Shown: piece by piece, positions 35,596 through 43,327 of the stretch
Layout: every line of letters begins with the position of its first letter
How positions within the stretch are numbered: the first letter of the stretch is position 1
Assembly (NCBI GenBank): GCA_012455605.1
Contig: GCA_012455605.1_3618.2
Strand: one strand, 5' to 3'
From: a phage
DNA length: 46,310 nucleotides
Notes under the pieces: generated by a model
What the model saw: the letters and a program-made list of their open reading frames with translations, nothing else
Databases searched by the model: none
Told to the model about the DNA's origin: nothing
Program-made: the position numbers and the translations under genes

Positions 35596-36636
35596 TTATT
35601 TAACGTGTTTGAAAATACCTGCCAACTCGGTCATTGTCATGCGGGTGGTCTTCATAAGATCTGTCATAGCTTTCTCCATAATTGGAGATACTACCATAAA
35701 GTTTCCTTTAGTGAAACCTTTATTCCAGTCGGTCACCAACAGTGGTTTAAGTCCAGATCCGAGACGTTCACCAGTTAAAGCACAGCATTTGCGAATATAC
35801 GAACTCTTAAATTGGCTGAACGACAGATCAACTTTCATACCTGCATCGTAGAACGTTTGACAATAGAAAGTGTAAGCCTTAGCAATCTCAACATCATCAG
35901 GCAGTGCAGGAACTTCTTCTGCAATCTCCTCTTCGACCTCCTGAGGCTCTTTTTCCTCTTCAGAGTTCTGTTCTTCAATTTCTTCTGTCACAGTCTCGTT
36001 TACGATGTCTGAAATGTGTTTGTTGGCTGCACGATCAGCCATGAAATTTTTAAAGTCCTGCATTGGTGACATATCTTCCTCCTCTTCGTCAAATAGTGCT
36101 AGTTTATCTTCCTCTGTCCCGTATTGCAAGATGAAGTCTTCAAAAGTATAATCACCTTTCAATTTCTCCATACGCTCTTCGCTCAGGTGGAGCATCATCT
36201 GCTGGACAATTTTTCTATCAGTTTTGTCTTTTATCAAGATTGCAGTCTTTTTATCTACCAGACAGTCCTTCAGAGCGTTGCACCTCAATCCCACCACACA
36301 ACAATTATCAATTGAGTAAGGACCTTCATCATCTATCCGCTCTAGGGAGGGGTAGAAAGGATTTCCCAATCCGTTTTCATCTGTGTGCATGTCAAAAGGT
36401 ATAAGGGTATAGTCGCATACTCCATCTCCTAAAAGTTTTTTACCAAATAGGAGGTATTCTTCCCATGACAGGTCGAACTCTATATCCCGTTTCCGTGCAT
36501 TATTCTGTTTGCGTCTATATTTTTTGAGCAGGCGCTCTAACTCTTCTGGTGTATAATATTTTTCAAGATTCATGAGTTGTCTCTCGTGCTCTGTAAGTGA
36601 AGAAATCGTATCAATTGTCTTAACAGATGTCAACAT
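35596..36636 (-). CDS. HNH-like domain protein with tandem duplicated domain and acidic linker
   Basis: First copy DIEFDLSWEEYLLFGKKLLGDGVCDYTLIPF...PSLERIDDEGPYSIDNCCVVGLRCNALK matches the phage HNH pattern (..F.L..EE...CxYxG...PSLDRIDN.KGY...N...CC..CN..K). Second, degenerate copy VDLSFSQF...KCCALTGERL...PLLVTDWNKGFTKGNFMVV. Glu-rich low-complexity segment between. First gene of the minus block. Confidence 0.5.
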   Translation of the reverse strand: MLTSVKTIDTISSLTEHERQLMNLEKYYTPEELERLLKKYRRKQNNARKRDIEFDLSWEEYLLFGKKLLGDGVCDYTLIPFDMHTDENGLGNPFYPSLERIDDEGPYSIDNCCVVGLRCNALKDCLVDKKTAILIKDKTDRKIVQQMMLHLSEERMEKLKGDYTFEDFILQYGTEEDKLALFDEEEEDMSPMQDFKNFMADRAANKHISDIVNETVTEEIEEQNSEEEKEPQEVEEEIAEEVPALPDDVEIAKAYTFYCQTFYDAGMKVDLSFSQFKSSYIRKCCALTGERLGSGLKPLLVTDWNKGFTKGNFMVVSPIMEKAMTDLMKTTRMTMTELAGIFKHVK

Positions 36637-36651
36637 CAAAAACGTGTTGAC
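36629..36651. promoter_or_regulatory. Inverted repeat in divergent control region
   Basis: GTCAACA-tcaaaaacg-TGTTGAC (7-bp arms, 9-nt spacer) covering the start codon of minus gene 35596-36636 and overlapping the -35 of the plus-strand promoter. Confidence 0.4.
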
Positions 36652-36675
36652 TTTACTCTAAATCTCCGATATAGT
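36647..36675 (+). promoter_or_regulatory. sigma70-like promoter TTGACT-17-TATAGT for the plus-strand operon
   Basis: -35 TTGACT 36647-36652, 17-nt spacer, -10 TATAGT 36670-36675; about 40 nt upstream of RBS/ATG of gene 36716. Confidence 0.6.
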
Positions 36676-36715
36676 GCACCCATTCGAAAGAAAACTAACA
36701 TAGGAGCACCCACTC

Positions 36716-37615
36716 ATGGCAAATCTTAACAGTTTTAGTACTCGGTGGAAACAGGACATAACAACCAATCTTTCAGCTGGGGACATCCTTTCTGCAATTT
36801 ACGAGGCTTTAGATGATAAAGCTACTTCAAAATCGGTTTGTACCAACCCGTTAATTCCTATGGTAATGAAGGTGATTGAGCGTAGGTTGGTATCTGGGTC
36901 TGATAAGTGGACATATTTAGATAATGAAGGACACACCTATTCCAATGGGTATGTCGATATAAAAGTAGAATACGCGGTATCATACCGCCGAAGCGGTTCT
37001 GTGACTTTCAACTTTTCTGGAGGTTTCAGATCTCTGGCAACTTCACCTTTTGTTTCCTCAGAAGAGAAGTTTGAACTTCCGTTCCTTTGGATGATGGCTA
37101 ACGCGACAGGAAAAACCCCAGTGAGCATTCGCGTAAAATACAACTACAACGGATCTAGTAAGATCTATGCCGAAAGTGTCTCAGCAAGTTTTTATTTTGT
37201 GATGGGCGATGGAATCCTCAAACATATAAAGATGTGCGATATGCATGATGTTATAAATGAAGTGACTGATAAGAATGTTCTAGTGAAAGACCTCAACAAT
37301 TTTTATACACCCGGAGACTATTACGTCAACCGTCCACTGTGCATCTTTAATGCTGCACACCCTCTAGGTGAGTATTTGATTGCCAATAGTGATATTGCCA
37401 ATAACCGCTTCGAGGTAGCAAGAGTACAGAATGAGGTGTTGACATCTTGCAAGAGCGGTGATAAGTTTACCGAAGAAGAGATGGGTGTTTTAGAGATGAT
37501 GGGATATAAGTGTAGCCTTTGGGTAGATGAGGTGTTTAATGACGGCATCTATGGACAGGATATTTACCCGTTAAAGAAGTATACTGATTCCAGTTTAATT
37601 TACGCGGAGATTTGA
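36716..37615 (+). CDS. Hypothetical protein
   Basis: 299 aa, AGGAG RBS 8 nt upstream; first gene of plus operon. Confidence 0.55.
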   Translation: MANLNSFSTRWKQDITTNLSAGDILSAIYEALDDKATSKSVCTNPLIPMVMKVIERRLVSGSDKWTYLDNEGHTYSNGYVDIKVEYAVSYRRSGSVTFNFSGGFRSLATSPFVSSEEKFELPFLWMMANATGKTPVSIRVKYNYNGSSKIYAESVSASFYFVMGDGILKHIKMCDMHDVINEVTDKNVLVKDLNNFYTPGDYYVNRPLCIFNAAHPLGEYLIANSDIANNRFEVARVQNEVLTSCKSGDKFTEEEMGVLEMMGYKCSLWVDEVFNDGIYGQDIYPLKKYTDSSLIYAEI

Positions 37616-37617
37616 CT

Positions 37618-37890
37618 ATGATGAAGTCATGTGGTAGTGTATACTATGTTGGTGAGAATGTTCAGGCAGATAGTGTGTGGAAATCCATTAAGTCCACCAC
37701 CGATGATGCCTTCTTGAGCGGGTTATGTTTCCCCAATCCCGGAGACATTCTCCCTCACCCTGGGGATTTTGTTGTCAACAAGACGGACGGTTATACCGTG
37801 TGCCTGATGGTTGAAAAAATCTTTTTAGACACTAGACACAATCACCGTCTTGTGTTAAAATTTCAAGAATGTAAAATGACAATTGCCTAA
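37618..37890 (+). CDS. Hypothetical protein
   Basis: Start moved from track TTG (37612) to ATG 37618 with GGAG 8 nt upstream. Confidence 0.45.
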   Translation: MMKSCGSVYYVGENVQADSVWKSIKSTTDDAFLSGLCFPNPGDILPHPGDFVVNKTDGYTVCLMVEKIFLDTRHNHRLVLKFQECKMTIA

Positions 37891-37903
37891 GGAGGCCTTA
37901 CCT

Positions 37904-38260
37904 ATGTCTAAAGTTGCTTATCGTGCAGCTATTTACTGCAATGAACACCCAATCAATAATGATGGTCACTGCCTTTTTAAAGAAAATCAGTTGGGCTGTA
38001 TTGTCCTACCTGATGAAGGGGAAGGTTATCTGATTGCATTGACAGGGTTTGAGCCTGAAGCTCTGGAAGCCAATCTGGACTACCTGGTAGAAGAGGGTGC
38101 TGCAGACCTGGTTGCTAATGGCCTCTCCGTAAGCCTTGACGAAGTGGAGCGCTTCATGGGCAATTACCGTGTAGTGCGGGAGTTTACTATCGAGGTGGAA
38201 ACTCCAGAGTGGGGTAGCACTGAAACTAATGCCGAAGAAAAAGAAGAGGAGGTAGAATAA
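37904..38260 (+). CDS. Hypothetical acidic protein
   Basis: Start moved from track TTG (37883) to ATG 37904 preceded by TAAGGAGG; Glu-rich C-terminus (EEKEEEVE). Confidence 0.5.
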   Translation: MSKVAYRAAIYCNEHPINNDGHCLFKENQLGCIVLPDEGEGYLIALTGFEPEALEANLDYLVEEGAADLVANGLSVSLDEVERFMGNYRVVREFTIEVETPEWGSTETNAEEKEEEVE

Positions 38261-38517
38261 TGAAAGTACAGATCTTGACTAATGCCGAGAAGATGTTTAT
38301 TGAAGATACACCTTTTGAAGCTGGTGAGCTACAGTTTGTTTATTTTGTTGACTTAGATAAGGTGTTTCCTGCACTGAATCTGGGTCTGGATGAAGTTCCT
38401 CATAAGGTTTTGTGCCAAGTTGTTCGTGCCTTAGCGGCAGAGGGGGAGTTCCACACCCTTCAAGATGTCCAGACCTACGGGTATCTTGAACTACAACGAG
38501 AAGAAGAGGTGGACTGA
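38260..38517 (+). CDS. Hypothetical protein
   Basis: 85 aa; TAATG overlap with upstream gene; GAGGAGG RBS. Confidence 0.5.
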   Translation: MKVQILTNAEKMFIEDTPFEAGELQFVYFVDLDKVFPALNLGLDEVPHKVLCQVVRALAAEGEFHTLQDVQTYGYLELQREEEVD

Positions 38518-38519
38518 TA

Positions 38520-38900
38520 ATGGCACGGTGGAAGACAACAGTTGACCTTCATGATCAGTGGCTAGGACGCATCGATGAAGATGGGAAACTGGTAGATTGG
38601 GACAACAAGCATGTTAGCGAGTTGGCAAGTATTGTGGCTGGCAAGTTACGCTCCAAGTTCCCTGAACAACTGAATCCTGATAGTTCAAAGTTCGATCCTG
38701 AGTTGGAGGATGTTGTATACTACTTCGACACGGTGGATGACTACGACGCGTGGCTTGCAGCACGGGAGCTTTACCCACAAGGCTCTGCTATGCGCCAGAT
38801 GGAAGAAGATTATCCTCCGTGTGAGCAATTCAATAGTGCAATGACTTGCCTCTATGATTGGGCAGATAAGAACCTTGTCTGGATTCGGACTGCATTTTAG
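38520..38900 (+). CDS. Hypothetical protein
   Basis: 126 aa; start 3 nt after upstream stop. Confidence 0.5.
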   Translation: MARWKTTVDLHDQWLGRIDEDGKLVDWDNKHVSELASIVAGKLRSKFPEQLNPDSSKFDPELEDVVYYFDTVDDYDAWLAARELYPQGSAMRQMEEDYPPCEQFNSAMTCLYDWADKNLVWIRTAF

Positions 38901-38944
38901 TGGGTAGGGATGGCGGCAAGGATGCTGCTTAAGGAGTAGTAGAG

Positions 38945-39214
38945 ATGTTATACCAGCAGTACGAACTTCGTGCAGAAAAAGAATTAAATTTTGACAAAGA
39001 TATCCACAGATATTATTATGGGAAAGTTAGAGGGCAATCAAGAAAGTGTACTCCAACACTCTTTTATGCCAGCAGACGACTAGCTCCAGAAGAGGCAACA
39101 GCAGAAAGGGTTGCATATGGCTGGAGAGTTGCGTATGATATTGACAGATCCGATGTGATGTCTGTTTTGGAAAACTTTGAAAACACTTACACACAAGTAG
39201 AGGACTTTTACTAA
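38945..39214 (+). CDS. Hypothetical protein
   Basis: 89 aa; AAGGAG RBS; stop overlaps start of ATPase gene (TAATG). Confidence 0.5.
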   Translation: MLYQQYELRAEKELNFDKDIHRYYYGKVRGQSRKCTPTLFYASRRLAPEEATAERVAYGWRVAYDIDRSDVMSVLENFENTYTQVEDFY

Positions 39215-40398
39215 TGTCAAGAAACGTATTCGAAAGTGGTCAAATCACTGTCCGCGAGTTGCCAGCTATTATTCAATTTGCCCAGCGTCATAACCGATCT
39301 GTCCTGATTTTAGGACCGATGGGTGTGGGGAAGAGTCAGGTGATGAAGCAGATTGCTGATAATATGTTCGGTGAGCGAGATGACAACCTGGTTGACGTGC
39401 GGCTGTCAGATAAAGATCCTGCTGACCTATCTGGACTACCTATCCCTGTAGAGGCAGATGGAACTACACGCACAGTGTTTGCAATTCCAGAATTTTGGCC
39501 TGCAGACTCGGACTGGAGCGGAATTATCTTTCTGGATGAGCTTACTCATGCAGATAACTACCTGCAGAAGGTTGCAATGCAAATTATGCTCGACCACAAG
39601 TGCGGCACCTATGCATTTCCTAAGGGCTCTGTTTTTGTAGCTGCAGGTAACCGTGCTACAGATGGTGCTGTTCTTTCAGCGCTCGAAGCTCCTCTGGCTA
39701 ACCGCTTTATCATTGTAGAAGTTACAAGCAATGCAGAGGTATTTATTGAGGACTACGCATTCCTTAATGGTGTGCATTCCTCTGTAATTGGATATCTGAA
39801 AAGAGTTCCATCAGCTATCGATAATTATGAGGCTATGGCTGAGATTAATTGTCCGTCTTTTGCCACACCGCGATCTTGGGTTGCTGCATCTGACATCCTG
39901 CACGATTTTGACAGCGGTATTATTTCTGACGCTATGGCTCGTGTTCTTCTGCAAGGTGCTATTGGTCACACTGCAGCGGTAGAAATCTGGACCTACCACA
40001 CCAAGAAACGAAACTTGCCAGAAATCGGTCGGATTATGGCAGGGGGTTGCAAAGAATATGTAGGTCCTAAGCAGCCAGATATCTTGTGGATTCTTGGGTC
40101 TGAAGGTTGTATTGCTATTCGGAATATGATGGAAAATGCAAGTGTCTCAGACGAAGATCTTGTTAGCTGCGTGGCAAACTTCCTCGATTTCCTTTGGGAA
40201 AATTTCAAAGATGAAAACCGAGACTTTGTATTCTCAGTCTTTATGGCGATGATGAAGCCCAACGCCCTGGGAAATGCCTTACTTATTGGTAAAGGCCGGG
40301 ACAAGATCGTTGCTCAGCTGATCAAAGCATATCCAAACCTGATGAAGATTGTAAAAGAGTTTGGTGAAGAGTTTAGCGCCATTTTAGCTAAAGCTTGA
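39214..40398 (+). CDS. AAA+ ATPase, MoxR/AAA_5-like
   Basis: Walker A LILGPMGVGKS (39313-39336), Walker B IIFLDELTHA, sensor region VFVAAGNRATDG, and ALEAPLANRF matching the AAA_5 C-terminal signature. Confidence 0.7.
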   Translation: MSRNVFESGQITVRELPAIIQFAQRHNRSVLILGPMGVGKSQVMKQIADNMFGERDDNLVDVRLSDKDPADLSGLPIPVEADGTTRTVFAIPEFWPADSDWSGIIFLDELTHADNYLQKVAMQIMLDHKCGTYAFPKGSVFVAAGNRATDGAVLSALEAPLANRFIIVEVTSNAEVFIEDYAFLNGVHSSVIGYLKRVPSAIDNYEAMAEINCPSFATPRSWVAASDILHDFDSGIISDAMARVLLQGAIGHTAAVEIWTYHTKKRNLPEIGRIMAGGCKEYVGPKQPDILWILGSEGCIAIRNMMENASVSDEDLVSCVANFLDFLWENFKDENRDFVFSVFMAMMKPNALGNALLIGKGRDKIVAQLIKAYPNLMKIVKEFGEEFSAILAKA

Positions 40399-40407
40399 GG
40401 AGGTTGT

Positions 40408-40788
40408 ATGGCTAAAGTAGGTAAGCGGGGAAACTACCTGGTGGTATTGACCGAGGAGCCGGAGAAAGAGTACGAATGCAGCTCCACTTGCGTGATCGAT
40501 ATCCGAGAAAAAGATGTAGATGAAATCTGGTTTAAAATATTGGACGCTTGCGACAGCAGTGACTATTTCTTCATCTATGTCAACGATAAAGCGGGGTTCT
40601 TCCATGATGATGGGGAGTTACCGTATGAAATCTATGAACTTGTAGAGGCTTGCCATCGTGGAGATGCGGAGTTGTTTGGTCTACGGCTGAAAAGTGGTAA
40701 ATTCTTCTATCAAGATGAATGCATAAATCTTCACAACTTCGTAGAGGGGACTTGCAACGATGGAGAGATTTTGGCACACTACGATTAA
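40408..40788 (+). CDS. Hypothetical acidic protein
   Basis: 126 aa, GAGGAGG RBS; followed by a terminator. Confidence 0.5.
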   Translation: MAKVGKRGNYLVVLTEEPEKEYECSSTCVIDIREKDVDEIWFKILDACDSSDYFFIYVNDKAGFFHDDGELPYEIYELVEACHRGDAELFGLRLKSGKFFYQDECINLHNFVEGTCNDGEILAHYD

Positions 40789-40802
40789 TTTCTAAGACAC
40801 AC

Positions 40803-40828
40803 CCCGCTTCGGCGGGGATTTTCTATTT
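40803..40828 (+). terminator. Intrinsic terminator (UUCG tetraloop hairpin)
   Basis: CCCCGC-TTCG-GCGGGG followed by ATTTTCTATTT; same 16-mer as at 14565. Confidence 0.75.
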
Positions 40829-40837
40829 GGAGCTATT

Positions 40838-41338
40838 GTGAAAATTAAGATCTTTGCTATTATTTTGAGCGCATTTTTATCGCTGCCTGTTGTTGCAGCA
40901 CCAAAACAAAAAGTATATCACACCTGCAAGCCGTCGGATACTAAGGAAAACATTCTAGCATGCAATATCTACAGGGAGGCTAGAGGGGATGGCACGATGG
41001 GTATGCTGGCATCAGGGTTTGCCACACTAAACAGGAAATCTCACCCCAAATACCCGGACACCATAAGAAAGATTGTCTACCAACCTAACCAGTTTTCGTG
41101 GACAAACCACGGCAAAACTTTTAAGGTGACAGAAAAAGATTCATGGGATCACGCTAAAAGTCTTGCAAAGATGCTTCTAAAGGTCTATAATAATAACCAT
41201 GTTGCATACATGGCTATGGATATAACAGGTGGAGCAACACACTACCATACAACAAAAGTACGACCGAAATGGGCAAAAAAGATGCAGAGGACAGCTCAAT
41301 TCGGGAGTCATATCTACTACAAGGAGCGCAATAAATGA
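40838..41338 (+). CDS. Secreted cell-wall hydrolase, SleB/CwlJ (Hydrolase_2) family; candidate endolysin
   Basis: GTG start 5 nt after GGAG. N-terminal signal-peptide-like MKIKIFAIILSAFLSLPVVAAP. Core NIYREARGDG...ATLNRKSHPKYPDTIRKIVYQPNQFSW...GGATHYHT...FGSHIYY matches the SleB-type pattern. Confidence 0.7.
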   Translation: MKIKIFAIILSAFLSLPVVAAPKQKVYHTCKPSDTKENILACNIYREARGDGTMGMLASGFATLNRKSHPKYPDTIRKIVYQPNQFSWTNHGKTFKVTEKDSWDHAKSLAKMLLKVYNNNHVAYMAMDITGGATHYHTTKVRPKWAKKMQRTAQFGSHIYYKERNK

Positions 41339-43317
41339 TTGTAAACAGCAATGAAACTAAAGCGGTGCTAACTGGGAATATGGAGGTAACCAGGGGATCA
41401 ATTTCCCTGAACAAAGAGACTTTTGGACTAATCATTAAAGGGATTTATGAAGATAAGGTGCTGGCAAGCTGCCGTGAACCAATCTTCAATGCTGTGGACT
41501 CTCATGTTGAGTCTGGACGGGGTGATGTACCGATCATCATTCACTCTCCTACAGATCTTGAGCCCTATTTCTTTGTGCAGGATGTTGGCCTCGGTATGTC
41601 AGAAGAGATGGTCCGCAACACTTTCATGAACTTGGGTGAATCCACCAAGCGCAACAGTAATGCCTTGGTAGGCAACAAAGGTGTTGGTTCAAAGGCCCCG
41701 TTCAGCATGGTAGACACTTTCGATGTAATCAGTGTGCACAACGGTGTGGAAAGCACATACCTATTGTTCTTGGACCAGGGTATCCCAAATGTCACCAAGA
41801 TCCGTGAGCGGAAGACTGAAGAGCACAATGGGGTAAAAGTTCAGTTTCATGTTAAGAAAGAGCATGTTCTGAAATATCGCACCGCCATTGCATCATGTTT
41901 GCGCTATGCAAAATTTCCGTTCACTGTCACCGATCCGATGACGAGCAAGATGCTGGAGGGAGACAAAGTAGAGGCGCAGTATTATTATGAAAAAGATGGT
42001 TGGAAGATGACCATCCTGAAGGGCTATACTAGCTCTGACGAGAGTCGTGTGGTAATGGGTCACCAACCTTACCGTTCTAAGTTCCTGGAAACACTAACAG
42101 ATTATCCTGCAATTTGTGTAGAGATCCCTATCGGAGATTGCAATATTAACCCAGGGCGTGAATGGACCATAGAAGGTCACGACGATGGTGGATTCCAAGA
42201 GCGTTTGGAAGCTTTTGTCAAAGAAGGCATTCGCCTTCGTGGAGCAGAAGTTGTTGCAGAACTGGAGACAGCAAAAACATCCTCAGAAGCACGCGAGATG
42301 ATGAAGAACAGTGGAGTGTTCGGGCACATTTTCGGTAAGAATTTTATGTATGACCGCTGGGAAGAAACAGGGCTAGGGAATTTGGGGGACTGCGAGATCT
42401 TCGCTGGCGGCTTAAATAAAGGCCGCATAGGTTACGCCTGCTACGGAAAGGTAGAATTCTTACGGGGAGTTTATTTAGTATTTAACGACGGAGACGGCAA
42501 ATATAACCGGAATAAGTGTAACTACTTAAGCGAGATCACCGGACGCAACGTTTTCTATTGCCGTAACACGGATCTGGTGGAAGAGTTTAAAGAAGCGGCA
42601 CACCACCCGTTCTTTGCAGATACGGTCAAATTGTTATCAGAGCTCCCTCGCCGACCTGCGAAGAAAGGTGAAACAAAAACTCATTACGAGCCAGGTTATT
42701 GGGTTAAAAAGCTTGAGAAGGATGGTTACTTCCGTCGTGAACGTATTACTAAGGCAGAGTTCAAGAAGATTAAGCACTGCATTCCTTATGAGGGTGATAT
42801 CCAACGTGGAAGTTGTTGGCTGGGACAGCTGAGTAACATCTACCAGCAAAATTATGACCGTGTGCGTGCGGCACTCCAGATTCCTGAAGGGGAAGACCTG
42901 TACCTGGTATCAGAATCCCGTCTGCTTTGGACTAATCCGGATTGCCAGTATGTTACAGAGAAAAATGTGGAACATTTGTTGAAAGAGGACGCCTGGAAAT
43001 TCTTACTGACTCGCGCAGCAAATGAAACTTCATATGACAGCCTGTATAGACAATTAGGGAAAATTATCCCCATGCAGGATTTTGGAAATTATCGGCCACA
43101 TTTCCACAAGTGGGAAGGTAACACCGCGTGGAAGCACAGTGAGCTAAATCATCGTGCCAAAATCTTAATCGCCAACCGGGTTAAGTGCGGAAAGGCCTAT
43201 ATTGCAAGATTGGAAAAGAAATATCCACTTTTGAAGCATGTGGGCTTGAAATATTGGGACACTCCTGCTATGATTGAATACCGTGAACTGATCGATACAA
43301 AGAATAACATCAAATAA
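41335..43317 (+). CDS. GHKL-family (Bergerat fold) ATPase, function unknown
   Basis: N-box EPIFNAVD (41476-41499), G1 box DVGLG (41581-41595), G2 box GNKGVG (41671-41688) in correct order and spacing within the first ~120 aa; 660 aa with unassigned C-terminal ~500 aa. No TOPRIM-like motif recognised. Confidence 0.65.
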   Translation: MIVNSNETKAVLTGNMEVTRGSISLNKETFGLIIKGIYEDKVLASCREPIFNAVDSHVESGRGDVPIIIHSPTDLEPYFFVQDVGLGMSEEMVRNTFMNLGESTKRNSNALVGNKGVGSKAPFSMVDTFDVISVHNGVESTYLLFLDQGIPNVTKIRERKTEEHNGVKVQFHVKKEHVLKYRTAIASCLRYAKFPFTVTDPMTSKMLEGDKVEAQYYYEKDGWKMTILKGYTSSDESRVVMGHQPYRSKFLETLTDYPAICVEIPIGDCNINPGREWTIEGHDDGGFQERLEAFVKEGIRLRGAEVVAELETAKTSSEAREMMKNSGVFGHIFGKNFMYDRWEETGLGNLGDCEIFAGGLNKGRIGYACYGKVEFLRGVYLVFNDGDGKYNRNKCNYLSEITGRNVFYCRNTDLVEEFKEAAHHPFFADTVKLLSELPRRPAKKGETKTHYEPGYWVKKLEKDGYFRRERITKAEFKKIKHCIPYEGDIQRGSCWLGQLSNIYQQNYDRVRAALQIPEGEDLYLVSESRLLWTNPDCQYVTEKNVEHLLKEDAWKFLLTRAANETSYDSLYRQLGKIIPMQDFGNYRPHFHKWEGNTAWKHSELNHRAKILIANRVKCGKAYIARLEKKYPLLKHVGLKYWDTPAMIEYRELIDTKNNIK

Positions 43318-43327
43318 GGAGACCAAG

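Noticed and set aside
39214-40398. AAA+ ATPase as a clamp loader or terminase ATPase
   Set aside because: Walker A ends in GKS and the C-terminal ...LANRF signature fits AAA_5/MoxR-type better than RFC-like clamp loaders (SRC motif absent) or terminases; no nuclease domain.
41335-43317. GHKL protein as a T4-type topoisomerase II subunit
   Set aside because: No TOPRIM-like acidic motif was seen in the C-terminal 500 aa and no gyrase-A-like partner is in the window; left as GHKL ATPase of unknown function, though not fully excluded.
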